NCBI GenBank assembly: GCA_029779645.1
Contig: JAKPAC010000030.1
Coordinates: forward strand, 19,624 to 83,623
DNA: 64,000 nucleotides
Reading direction: 5' to 3'
Source: Actinomycetes bacterium
GTDB taxonomy: Bacteria > Actinomycetota > Actinomycetes > Actinomycetales > Microbacteriaceae
The position numbers and the translations under genes are program-made. The notes below the pieces were generated by a model that was not told where the DNA came from, ran no database searches, and saw only the letters and a list, made by a program, of their open reading frames with translations. Shown piece by piece: positions 19,094-28,052 of the stretch; within the stretch, counting starts at the first letter, position 1, and the number at the start of each line of letters is the position of its first letter.

Positions 19094-20952
19094 TGTCGTC
19101 GGCGAACCCGAACCCGAACCCGAACCAGGGCCCGGGCGCGGCGGCCCCGGCCGAGACCGAGGCACCGGCGCCCAGCAAGCGCGCCTGGCTCGGCCTCGCG
19201 GTGCTCTCGGCGGGCCTCGGCATGATCGTGCTCGACGGCACGATCGTCGGCGTCGCGCTGCCCGACATCATCCTCGACCTGAAGCTCAACATCACCGACG
19301 CGCAGTGGGTGAACAGCCTCTACGCCATGCTGCTCGCGGCGCTGCTGCTGTCGACGGGCCGCCTGTCGGACCGCTGGGGGCGCAAGCGGCTGTTCCTCGT
19401 CGGCATCGTGATCTTCGTCGGCGGCAGCCTGTACGCCGCGCTGTCGGCCGACGCCGGGCACCTGATCATGGCCCGCGCCGTGCAGGCCGTGGGCGCAGCG
19501 CTGATCATGCCCTCGACCCTCTCCTCGGTGAACGCGATGTTCCGCGGCAAGTACCGCGCGGCGGCATTCGGCGTCTGGGGCGCGGTCATCTCGGGCGCGG
19601 CCGCGGTCGGACCGCTCGCCGGCGGGGCGCTGACGCAGTGGGGCTCGTGGGAGTGGATCTTCCTCGTGAACATCCCGCTCGGCGCGATCGTCTTCGTCGC
19701 CGCGCTGTTCACCGTGGTCGAGAGCAAGGGCGGCAAGACCCGTCCGGGCGCCGACGTCGACGGCGCGCTGCTGAGCGGCATCGGCTTCGCCGCCCTGGTG
19801 TTCGCGGTGATCGAGGGCCCCGAGATCGGCTGGTGGAAGCCCACGGCCGAGCTGCACATCTTCGGCATGACGTGGCCGACCACCGCGCCCATCTCGCTCG
19901 TGCCGATCGCGATCGCGGTCGCGATCGTCGCCCTCACGCTCTTCGTGGTGTGGGAGCGCCACCGCGCGAAGGTGCGCCGCTCGGCGCTGCTCGATCTCGA
20001 GCTGTTCCGTCTGCCTACCTTCTCGTGGGGCAACACGACGGCGGCGATGGTCGCGGTGGGCGAGTTCGCGATCCTGTTCGTGCTGCCGCTGTACCTCATC
20101 AACGCCCTCGGGCTCGACGTCATGGGCGCGGGCCTCATCCTCGCCGCGATGGCGATCGGCGCGTTCGTGTCGGGTGCGATGGCCCGGCACCTGGCGGCCC
20201 GCTTCGGCTCGCCGGGGACCGTGCTGATCGGGCTCGCGCTCGAGCTGCTGGGCACCATCGCGCTGGCGTTCACCGTGACCGCGACCACCCCCGGCTGGCT
20301 GCTCGCGATCCCGCTCGTGGTCTACGGCCTCGGCCTCGGCCTCGCCTCGGCGCAGCTGACGGGCACCGTGCTGCGCGATGTGCCCGTCGAGGTCTCCGGG
20401 CAGGGATCCGCCACGCAGAGCACCGTTCGCCAGATCGGCTCGGCGCTCGGCACCGCCTTCGCCGGCACCGCGCTGTCGGTCGCCCTCGCCTTCACCCTGC
20501 CCGCCGCGCTCAGCAGCGCGGGGCTCACCGGCAAGGAGGCCGACTCGCTCGCCGAGATGACGCGCCAGAGCGCGGGCTCGACGATCACGCAGCTGCGCGA
20601 GCAGGGCGCCCACAGCGCGTTCGGCCCCGACACCGCGCGCGCGGTCGAGGCGCTCTCGCAGGGCTTCTCGGACGGCGCGCGCCTCGCGATGCTCGTCGCC
20701 TCGGCGTTCCTGCTCCTCGGATTCGTGGGCGCCATCCGCCTGCGCATCAGCAGCAACCGCGCCGTGCCGACGCTCCCCATGCCGGACGTGCTCGTCGAGG
20801 ACGTGCAGCTGGACGGCGCGCTCCCCGCGGTCGACATCGCCGGCGTCCCGTCGGCCGGCGCCGCGGCGACGGCCGCGGGCGCGGAGGCTGCGGGCTCGCC
20901 AGTGGCCGATCCGCGTCCCGACGGCGGGGCCGGCACCCGGTCCGGGGGCTGA
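19093..20952 (+). CDS. MFS transporter, DHA2 (14-TMS, EmrB/QacA-like) with a C-terminal low-complexity extension
   Basis: ATG overlaps the upstream TGA. Motif A LSDRWGRKRLFLVG. About 14 hydrophobic segments. Confidence 0.85.
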   Translation: MSSANPNPNPNQGPGAAAPAETEAPAPSKRAWLGLAVLSAGLGMIVLDGTIVGVALPDIILDLKLNITDAQWVNSLYAMLLAALLLSTGRLSDRWGRKRLFLVGIVIFVGGSLYAALSADAGHLIMARAVQAVGAALIMPSTLSSVNAMFRGKYRAAAFGVWGAVISGAAAVGPLAGGALTQWGSWEWIFLVNIPLGAIVFVAALFTVVESKGGKTRPGADVDGALLSGIGFAALVFAVIEGPEIGWWKPTAELHIFGMTWPTTAPISLVPIAIAVAIVALTLFVVWERHRAKVRRSALLDLELFRLPTFSWGNTTAAMVAVGEFAILFVLPLYLINALGLDVMGAGLILAAMAIGAFVSGAMARHLAARFGSPGTVLIGLALELLGTIALAFTVTATTPGWLLAIPLVVYGLGLGLASAQLTGTVLRDVPVEVSGQGSATQSTVRQIGSALGTAFAGTALSVALAFTLPAALSSAGLTGKEADSLAEMTRQSAGSTITQLREQGAHSAFGPDTARAVEALSQGFSDGARLAMLVASAFLLLGFVGAIRLRISSNRAVPTLPMPDVLVEDVQLDGALPAVDIAGVPSAGAAATAAGAEAAGSPVADPRPDGGAGTRSGG

Positions 20953-20976
20953 TCGGGATGCGAACGCGAGCCTGAG

Positions 20977-22008
20977 GTGCGCACGCCGGCCGCCGTCGTC
21001 CGCGGGATTCGGCACCCCGAGGCCTTCCACGGCCGGGGTGTCACGCGCGGCTTCTTCGAGGGCTGGTACGTCAAGCTCGTCTCGGCCGACCGCGCGCAGC
21101 GCTGGGCGATCATCCCGGGCATCTTCCGCGGACAGCCGGGCCGCGCCGAGGCGGGCGGCGGCAGCCGCGACGAGGCGTTCGTGCAGGTGCTCGACGGACG
21201 ACTCGGGCGCTCGTGGTTCTCGCCCTACGCCATCGACGAGTTCGAGGCATCCGATCGCGCCTTCGACGTGCGCGTCGGCCCGAACCGCTTCTCGGCAGCG
21301 GGGATGACGCTCGAACTGCCGCACCTGCGCGGCACGATCGAGTTCACGAGCCCGCTCGAGCCGTGGCCGGTCAGCTGGCGGGAGCCCGGGATCATGGGCT
21401 GGTATGGCTTCGTGCCGTTCATGGAGTGCTTCCACGGCATCGTCTCGTTCGGCCACGGGCTGCGGGGCAGCCTCGAGATCGACGGCATCGAGACCTCGTT
21501 CGACGGCGGCCGCGGCTACATCGAGACCGATTGGGGCGAGGCGTTCCCCTCGGGCTACGTGTGGATGGCGAGCAACCACATCGACGTCAGCGAGGGATCC
21601 GCCGAGGCGGCGGAGGATGCCTCGCTCATCGCCTCCGTCGCCATCATTCCGTGGATCGGCCGTTCCTTCCGCGGCTCCATCATCGGCTTCCGCCACAGCG
21701 GGCGCCTGTACCGGTGGACGACCTACAACCGCTCGCGTGAGACGCGGCTCACGATCGACGACCGGCACGTGCGCTGGAGCGTGGCGGGGCCCGACGGGGT
21801 GCTCGAGCTGGATGCCGAGCGCGTGCGGGGCGGCCTGCTGCACGCGCCGCTGCGCACCGCGATGCACCAGCGGGTCGAAGAGACGATCGACGCGCGCATC
21901 GCGTTTCGCCACCTGGACCACGACGGCAACACCCTGCTCGCGGGCACCGCGGACTGCGCCGGGCTCGAGGTGTTCGGCGATACCGCGCGGCTGCTCGCCA
22001 TGCGCTGA
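20977..22008 (+). CDS. Tocopherol-cyclase-family (PF14249-like) protein
   Basis: The N-terminal HPEAFHG...FFEGWYVKL matches the hallmark FFEGWYF(R/K)V region of VTE1-type cyclases. Starts 24 nt after the MFS stop. Confidence 0.65.
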   Translation: MRTPAAVVRGIRHPEAFHGRGVTRGFFEGWYVKLVSADRAQRWAIIPGIFRGQPGRAEAGGGSRDEAFVQVLDGRLGRSWFSPYAIDEFEASDRAFDVRVGPNRFSAAGMTLELPHLRGTIEFTSPLEPWPVSWREPGIMGWYGFVPFMECFHGIVSFGHGLRGSLEIDGIETSFDGGRGYIETDWGEAFPSGYVWMASNHIDVSEGSAEAAEDASLIASVAIIPWIGRSFRGSIIGFRHSGRLYRWTTYNRSRETRLTIDDRHVRWSVAGPDGVLELDAERVRGGLLHAPLRTAMHQRVEETIDARIAFRHLDHDGNTLLAGTADCAGLEVFGDTARLLAMR

Positions 22009-22145
22009 GCGCGCTGCGTCGAGTCGCGCTGCGCCGAGCCGGCACCGCGCCGCCACGCCGCGACCAGGTGAGTGCGCCCGCATGCCGGGCCGGAAAGTTT
22101 CTCGCCCGGGCGCCGCCGCGGCCCGTGCCGTGACACGATAGAAGG

Positions 22146-25100
22146 ATGCCTGACGCCAGCCTCCCCGCCATCGAGGACCTGACGATCGCGCGCCTCGTCG
22201 GCCCGCTCTCAAACAGCCGCGGGCGCGCGTACGCCGAGAACGGGCACGTCGAAGACATCGAATGGGATGCCGCGACGCAGACGCTGCGCGGTCGGGTGCG
22301 GGGCGAGGCGCCCGAGCCCTATGCCGTGACCGTCAAGCTGCTCGGCGCTGCCAGCGGCCGCGTCAGCGTGCGCACCGCGATGTGCACCTGCCCGGTCGGC
22401 ATCAACTGCAAGCACGCGGCGGCCCTGCTCCACGCCAGCACCGCGCGCCGCCGCGCCGCCGAGCAGGCGAGCGCGAGCGCCGAGGCCGAGGTCGCCGCGG
22501 AGGTCACCGAGTCGGTGCAGGCCGCGGGGTGGCGCGGGCTCGTCGAAACCCTCGACCGTGTGGGGCTCCACGACGAGCAGCCGGCGAAGCCGCTCGCCCT
22601 GCAGTTCGAGCTGCGCCGCCGCTCGGTGCGCGCCTCGATGCGCATGAGCGGCCGACACGACGAGCCGGCGCGGGATGCGGCATCCGCCGACCGGCTCGCG
22701 GTGCGCCCGGTGACCGCGGGGGCCCGCGGGGGCTGGATCAAGGGCTCGCTCACCTGGCAGAACGTGGGCTATCAGGGCACCGCGGGAGGGTTCGACCCCG
22801 CGCAGGCGCGCTGGTTCGCGCAGCTGAACACCCTCAAGGGCGCGCCCCTCGGCGGCATCACCGAGTACGGCTCGGAGTGGATCACCCTCGACACGTTCGA
22901 ATCGAATCTGCTGTGGGCGCTGCTGGCCGAGGCGGGCGAGCTGGGGATCGCGCTGGTGGGCACGAACGTGCCCGAGGTCGTGCTCGCCGGCACCGCCGAG
23001 CTCGGCTTCGACGCGGCGGCGAGCGAGGAGGCGCTCAGTCTGCGGCCGAGCGTGCTGATCGACGGCCGCACCTTCGACGCCGCCCGCGTGCGGCCGATCG
23101 GCTCGCACGGGGTGTACGCCTTCGACGTGCGCGAGCAGCGGCTGCTTCTGGCGCGGCTGAGCGCGCCGCTCGGCCGGGCGCAGCGCGCCCTGATCGAGCG
23201 GCCGGCGCCGGTGCGCATCGAGCGCGACGAGCTCGACGAGTTTCTCGGCGAGCATTACACCTCGCTCGCGCGCTCGATGCGGGTGGTCTCGACCGACGAG
23301 AGCTTCACCCCGCCCGAGGTGCCGAGCCCGACGCTCGTGCTCGGCGCCCGGTTCGACGCCGGGCAGGTGCTGCGCATGCGCTGGGAGTGGGACGTGGGGC
23401 TGCGCCGCCGCGTGCCGCTGGCCGGCGCGGAGTCGCTGCTGCGCGATCGCCCCGCAGATCGGGAGCCGGCCCTCGCCGCCGCCGCCGCGCTCGCCGCCGA
23501 TCCGGCCGGGGCGCCGCTGCTCGAGCCCGCCGGCTCGCTGCGCGAGTCGGCGCGGCTGCAGGGGATCGCCGCCGCCGAGTTCACGGCGCGACTGCTGCCC
23601 GCGCTCGAGGCGATCGAGGGCGTCGCCGTCGAGATCACGGGCGAGAAGCCGGACTATCGCGAGGTGCTCGAGGCGCCCGTGCTGGCGGTCTCGGCGATGG
23701 AGTCGGAGTCGAACGACTGGTTCGACCTCGGCGTGACCGTCTCGGTCGAGGGCCGGGTCATCCCGTTCGGTCCGCTGTTCACCGCGCTGTCGCGCGGCGC
23801 CGACAAGCTGCTGCTGGTCGACCACAGCTATCTCTCGCTGCGACAGCCCGTGTTCGAGCCGCTGCGCGAGCTGATCGAGGAGGCGGGCGGCCTCGAGGAG
23901 TGGGAGACCGGGCTGCGGATCAGCCGGTATCAGACCGCCCTCTGGTCGGAGTTCGAGGATCTCGCCGACGAGAGCGAGGCCGCCGTGAGCTGGCGCGCGA
24001 CCGTCGATGGCCTGCGCGACATCGGCAGCGTGCCCCCGCCGCCCGTGCCGGCGAGCTTCGCGGGCGAGCTGCGCCCCTACCAGCGGGAGGGCTTCAACTG
24101 GCTGGCGTTCCTCCACGCGCATCAGCTCGGCGGGATCCTCGCCGACGACATGGGGCTCGGCAAGACCGCGCAGACGCTCGCCCTCATCGCGCACGCGCAC
24201 GAGGCCTCCGCGAGCGCGGGTCCGTTCCTCGTCGTCGCGCCGACCTCGGTGGTGTCGAACTGGAAGCGCGAGGCCGCCCGCTTCACCCCGGGACTGCGGG
24301 TCGCCGAGGTCACCACGACGGGGCGCAAGCAGCGCCAGAGCCTCGCCGATGTCGCGGCCGGCGCCGACATCGTGCTCACCAGCTACGCGATCCTGCGGCT
24401 GGATGCCGAGGCCTTCGCCGACGTCGACTGGGCTGGGCTGGTGCTCGACGAGGCGCAGTTCGCCAAGAATCCGGCATCCAAGGTGCACGAGGCGGCACGC
24501 GGCATCCGCGCGCCCTTCCGCCTCGCCGTCACCGGCACCCCGATCGAGAACAACCTGACCGAGCTGTGGGCGCTGCTGCGGATCGTCGCGCCCGGGCTGT
24601 TCGCCTCCTCGCGCGAGTTCGGCGAGAAGTATCGGCGCCCCATCGAGGTCAACCACGACGCCGAGCGCCTGGCCCGCCTGCGCCGTCGCGTCCGGCCGTT
24701 CATGCTGCGCCGCACCAAGGAGGCCGTCGCGCCCGAGCTGCCGCCCAAGCAGGAGCAGGTGCTCGAGATCACCCTCGACCCGCGTCACCGGCGCATCTAC
24801 GACACGCACCTGCAGCGCGAGCGACAGAAGATCCTCGGCCTGGTCGACGACCTCGACCGCAACCGCTTCATCGTGTTCCGCTCGCTCACGCTGCTGCGCA
24901 TGCTGAGCCTCGACGCCGCGCTGATCGATCCGGAAGGATACGCGCAGGTGCCCTCGGCGAAGCTCGACGCGCTCCTCGAGCAGCTCGATGACGTCGTGCA
25001 GGAGGGGCATCAGGCGCTCGTGTTCAGCCAGTTCACCTCGTTCCTGCAGCGGGCCGCCGAGCGACTGGATGCGGCGGGCATCCCCTACTCGTATCTCGAC

Positions 25101-25460
25101 GGCGCCACCCGCCATCGCCAGCGGGTGATCGACGGGTTCCGCAGCGGCGACGGCCGGGTGTTCCTGATCAGCCTCAAGGCCGGCGGGTTCGGGCTGAACC
25201 TGACCGAGGCCGACTACGTGTTCCTGCTCGACCCGTGGTGGAACCCGGCCAGCGAGGCGCAGGCCGTGGACCGCGCGCATCGCATCGGACAGACCAAGCA
25301 GGTCATGGTCTATCGCATGGTGGCGGCCAACACCATCGAGGAGAAGGTGATGGCGCTCAAGGAGCGCAAGGCCGCGCTCGTGTCGGCCGTGATCGACGAC
25401 GACTCGTTCTTCAGCGAGGCGCTCTCGGCCGACGACATCCGCGAGCTGCTCGCGGGCTGA
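22146..25460 (+). CDS. SNF2-family helicase with an N-terminal SWIM zinc finger (HelZ-like)
   Basis: SWIM CTCPVGINCKHAAALL. SNF2 motifs DDMGLGKT, LVLDEAQFAKN and SLKAGGFGLNLTEADYVFLLDPWWNPASEAQAVDRAHRIGQ. Confidence 0.9.
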   Translation: MPDASLPAIEDLTIARLVGPLSNSRGRAYAENGHVEDIEWDAATQTLRGRVRGEAPEPYAVTVKLLGAASGRVSVRTAMCTCPVGINCKHAAALLHASTARRRAAEQASASAEAEVAAEVTESVQAAGWRGLVETLDRVGLHDEQPAKPLALQFELRRRSVRASMRMSGRHDEPARDAASADRLAVRPVTAGARGGWIKGSLTWQNVGYQGTAGGFDPAQARWFAQLNTLKGAPLGGITEYGSEWITLDTFESNLLWALLAEAGELGIALVGTNVPEVVLAGTAELGFDAAASEEALSLRPSVLIDGRTFDAARVRPIGSHGVYAFDVREQRLLLARLSAPLGRAQRALIERPAPVRIERDELDEFLGEHYTSLARSMRVVSTDESFTPPEVPSPTLVLGARFDAGQVLRMRWEWDVGLRRRVPLAGAESLLRDRPADREPALAAAAALAADPAGAPLLEPAGSLRESARLQGIAAAEFTARLLPALEAIEGVAVEITGEKPDYREVLEAPVLAVSAMESESNDWFDLGVTVSVEGRVIPFGPLFTALSRGADKLLLVDHSYLSLRQPVFEPLRELIEEAGGLEEWETGLRISRYQTALWSEFEDLADESEAAVSWRATVDGLRDIGSVPPPPVPASFAGELRPYQREGFNWLAFLHAHQLGGILADDMGLGKTAQTLALIAHAHEASASAGPFLVVAPTSVVSNWKREAARFTPGLRVAEVTTTGRKQRQSLADVAAGADIVLTSYAILRLDAEAFADVDWAGLVLDEAQFAKNPASKVHEAARGIRAPFRLAVTGTPIENNLTELWALLRIVAPGLFASSREFGEKYRRPIEVNHDAERLARLRRRVRPFMLRRTKEAVAPELPPKQEQVLEITLDPRHRRIYDTHLQRERQKILGLVDDLDRNRFIVFRSLTLLRMLSLDAALIDPEGYAQVPSAKLDALLEQLDDVVQEGHQALVFSQFTSFLQRAAERLDAAGIPYSYLDGATRHRQRVIDGFRSGDGRVFLISLKAGGFGLNLTEADYVFLLDPWWNPASEAQAVDRAHRIGQTKQVMVYRMVAANTIEEKVMALKERKAALVSAVIDDDSFFSEALSADDIRELLAG

Positions 25461-25468
25461 CACGCACG

Positions 25469-25511
25469 AGCGCGGGGCGCAGGCAGCTGCCGCTGCGCCG
25501 CGCCCCGCGCT
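25469..25511. terminator. Strong GC hairpin between convergent genes
   Basis: AGCGCGGGGCGC (25469-25480) pairs with GCGCCCCGCGCT (25500-25511), with an inner GCAGC/GCTGC pairing. Confidence 0.55.
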
Positions 25512-25524
25512 TGTGCGGTGCCGG

Positions 25525-25824
25525 CTACGCCAGCATCATGAAGAGCTTCTCGAGCTCCTCGGGGCTGGTCTTGCGCTCGCCGCCTTCCGCGCTCTCGAGC
25601 TCGGTGAGGCACTCCTGCATCGCGGTAGAGATGATCGCGAAGCCGGCCCGGTCGAGCGCGCTCGAGACCGCCGCCAGCTGGGTGACCACCTGGCGACACG
25701 AGGCGTCGGCTTCCACCGCGGCGATGACGGCGTTCAGCTGCCCCTGCGCGCGGCGGAGGCGGTTGATGACCTTGCGCTGCGCGTCAGCCTGGACCGGCGC
25801 CTGCGCGCCGCTTGGTGTCGTCAC
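25525..25824 (-). CDS. CsoR/RcnR-family (DUF156) repressor with a Cys-x-Cys sensing signature (CstR-like)
   Basis: 99 aa, GTG start 3 nt after the reductase stop. Core KVINRLRRAQGQLNAVIAAVEADASCRQVVTQLAAVSSALDRAGFAIISTAMQEC. Cys at the X and Z positions (spacing 29), Ala where Cu-CsoR has His. Confidence 0.85.
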   Translation of the reverse strand: MTTPSGAQAPVQADAQRKVINRLRRAQGQLNAVIAAVEADASCRQVVTQLAAVSSALDRAGFAIISTAMQECLTELESAEGGERKTSPEELEKLFMMLA

Positions 25825-25827
25825 GAT

Positions 25828-27519
25828 TCACACACTTTCCTTGAGGGCCTCGCTCACCAGGAGCTCGGCCGCGCGGTCGCCGAGGGCGGCGCGCAGCGTC
25901 AGGATGCCGCCGGAGAGCGTCGTCGCATCGAAGCCGTGCTGCGCCAGCACGCGGTACGCGATGTACGAGCGCATCCCGGACGCGCACATGACGCTCGTCG
26001 GGCGGCCGGCCGCGGCATCCCGGACCTCGTCGAGGCGCTCGCGCAGCTCGGTGTGGGGGATGTTCAGGGCGCCCGGCAGGTGCCCGCTCGCGAACTCGGC
26101 GCGGCTGCGGGTGTCGAGCACGAGGGTGCTCGCGAGCACGTCGTCGACGTCTTGCGCGTACCAGAGCTTGATCGTGCCGGTGCGCACGTTCTCGCCCTCC
26201 ATGCCCGCGAGGTTGATCGGGTCTTTCGCCATGCCGTACGGCGGCGAGTACGCGAGGTCGAGGTCGATCAGCTCGTCGATCGCCATGCCCGCGCGCAGGG
26301 CGGTGGCCAGCACGTCGATGCGCTTGTCGATGCCCTCGGGGCCGACCGCCTGTGCGCCGAGGAGCGCGCCGTCGCCCTCGCGGAAGTGCACGATGAGGTG
26401 CATCTGCGCGGCGCCGGGGAAGTAGCCGGCGTGCTGGTTGGGGTGCAGGTGCAGCGTGTGGTGGGCGATGCCCGCCGACAGCAGCGTGGCCTTGTTGACG
26501 CCGGTCGAGGCGGCCGTCAGCTCGCCGACGCGCACGATCGCGGTGCCGAGGGGGCGCGGGATCGGGCGCGCGTGCGCGGGCGTGAAGATGTCGTCGGCGA
26601 TGAGGCGGCCCGCGCGGTTGGCGGGGCCGGCGAGGGCGAACGGGCGGCGGATGCCGGTGACCGCGCACGTCGAGACGACGGCGTCGCCGGCGGCCCACAC
26701 CTGGGGCGCCGAGGTCCGGCCGTGGTCGTCGACAACGATCGCACCGCGCTCGAGGGCGATGCCCGCGGCGCCGAACACCTCGGTGTCGGGTCGCACGCCC
26801 ACCGAGAGGACGATCAGGTCGGCGTCGATGCGCGTGCCGTCCGAGAGCACGACGACGTCGTGGCCCGCGCCCGGCTCGATCGCCGAGGCGGCGACCCCAT
26901 CGTGCACGGCGATGCCGAGGCCGGTCAGCTCGTCGGTGATCAGCTGGGCGAGCTCCGGCTCGAACGGGGGCAGCACGTGCGGGCTGAGCTCGACGACCGA
27001 GGTCTCGAGTCCCTGCAGGCGCAGGGCCTCGGCCGCCTCGATGCCGATGAACCCGCCGCCGAGCACGACGGCGCGGCGCGCACCCTCGGTGACGAGGCCG
27101 CGCAGGGCGATCGCGTCTTCGACCGTGCGCAGCGTGTGCACGCGCGGTGAGTCGATGCCGGGCAGGGGCGGGCGAACGGCGAGCGCGCCGGGCGAGAGGA
27201 TGAGGGCGTCGTAGTGCAGCTGCTCGGTGCCGGCATCCGTCGCCACCGTCAGGGTGCGCGACTCGGTGTCGAGCGCGGTGACATCGTGGCGGACGCGCAC
27301 GTCGAGGTTGAGCGCGGCCTTGAGCGAGGCCGGCGTCTGCACGAGCAGGCTCTGCTGGTTCTCGATCTCGCCGCCGACGAAGTAGGGCAGGCCGCAGTTG
27401 GCGAACGAGACGTGGTTGCCGCGGTCGAGGACGATGATCTCGGCGTTCTCGTCGAGGCGACGGGCGCGGGCGGCCGCGCTCATGCCGCCGGCGACGCCGC
27501 CGACGATGACGAGCCTCAT
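25828..27519 (-). CDS. CoA-disulfide reductase-type FAD/NAD(P) oxidoreductase with a C-terminal rhodanese domain (CoA-persulfide reductase-like)
   Basis: Start ATG 27519 (MRLVIVGGVAGGMSAA). Redox Cys motif SFANCGLPY. C-terminal rhodanese with active-site loop VMCASGMRS. 563 aa. Confidence 0.85.
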   Translation of the reverse strand: MRLVIVGGVAGGMSAAARARRLDENAEIIVLDRGNHVSFANCGLPYFVGGEIENQQSLLVQTPASLKAALNLDVRVRHDVTALDTESRTLTVATDAGTEQLHYDALILSPGALAVRPPLPGIDSPRVHTLRTVEDAIALRGLVTEGARRAVVLGGGFIGIEAAEALRLQGLETSVVELSPHVLPPFEPELAQLITDELTGLGIAVHDGVAASAIEPGAGHDVVVLSDGTRIDADLIVLSVGVRPDTEVFGAAGIALERGAIVVDDHGRTSAPQVWAAGDAVVSTCAVTGIRRPFALAGPANRAGRLIADDIFTPAHARPIPRPLGTAIVRVGELTAASTGVNKATLLSAGIAHHTLHLHPNQHAGYFPGAAQMHLIVHFREGDGALLGAQAVGPEGIDKRIDVLATALRAGMAIDELIDLDLAYSPPYGMAKDPINLAGMEGENVRTGTIKLWYAQDVDDVLASTLVLDTRSRAEFASGHLPGALNIPHTELRERLDEVRDAAAGRPTSVMCASGMRSYIAYRVLAQHGFDATTLSGGILTLRAALGDRAAELLVSEALKESV

Positions 27520-27932
27520 CGGGCGTCGCCCTCGGCCGCTGCCTCGGCGGCGCGCTCCTGCGCGTCGGCCGCGGCCTCCTGCTCGGCGATCGAGGCGCGG
27601 ACCTCGTCCATGTCGAGGCCCTTCACGCCGTCGACGACTGCCGCCAGCTGGGTCGCGTTCAGCGCGCCCGGCTGCGAGAAGATGAGGATGCCCTCGCGGA
27701 ACGCCATGAGCGTGGGGATGGAGGTGATCTGGAACCCGGCGGCCAGCTCGCGCTGCGCCTCGGTGTCGATCTTGCCGAACACGATGTCGGGGTGCGCCTC
27801 GGACGCCGACTCGAACACCGGGCCGAACTGGCGGCACGGGCCGCACCACTCGGCCCAGAAATCAAGCAGGACGACGTCGTTGCCGGTGATGGTCTCGTTG
27901 AGTGTTTCGAGGGTGATCTCTCGCGTAGTCAT
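27516..27932 (-). CDS. Thioredoxin with an acidic/Ala-rich C-terminal extension
   Basis: WAEWCGPCRQF active site. The stop overlaps the reductase start (ATGA). Confidence 0.9.
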   Translation of the reverse strand: MTTREITLETLNETITGNDVVLLDFWAEWCGPCRQFGPVFESASEAHPDIVFGKIDTEAQRELAAGFQITSIPTLMAFREGILIFSQPGALNATQLAAVVDGVKGLDMDEVRASIAEQEAAADAQERAAEAAAEGDAR

Positions 27933-27940
27933 GCCTCAAG

Positions 27941-27958
27941 CATACCCCAGGGGGTATG
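27941..27958 (-). promoter_or_regulatory. Candidate CsoR-family operator (CATACCCC-AG-GGGGTATG)
   Basis: Perfect 8-bp half-sites with a 2-nt centre, 9-26 nt upstream of the thioredoxin ATG. It has the TACCC...GGGTA form associated with CsoR-family repressors. Confidence 0.6.
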
Positions 27959-28052
27959 TGCGGATCAAGGAAATGCCTGATGTTCGCTGTGAGCGGTGCG
28001 CCGCGGAGGGCACCCGGGTGTGGCCGACGCGGCTCGAGGCTAGCGTTGAGGC

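Noticed and set aside
25525-25824. Calling the DUF156 protein a copper-sensing CsoR.
   Set aside because: The His ligand position is Ala, and no copper ATPase or chaperone gene is nearby. The neighbours are thiol and sulfur enzymes instead.
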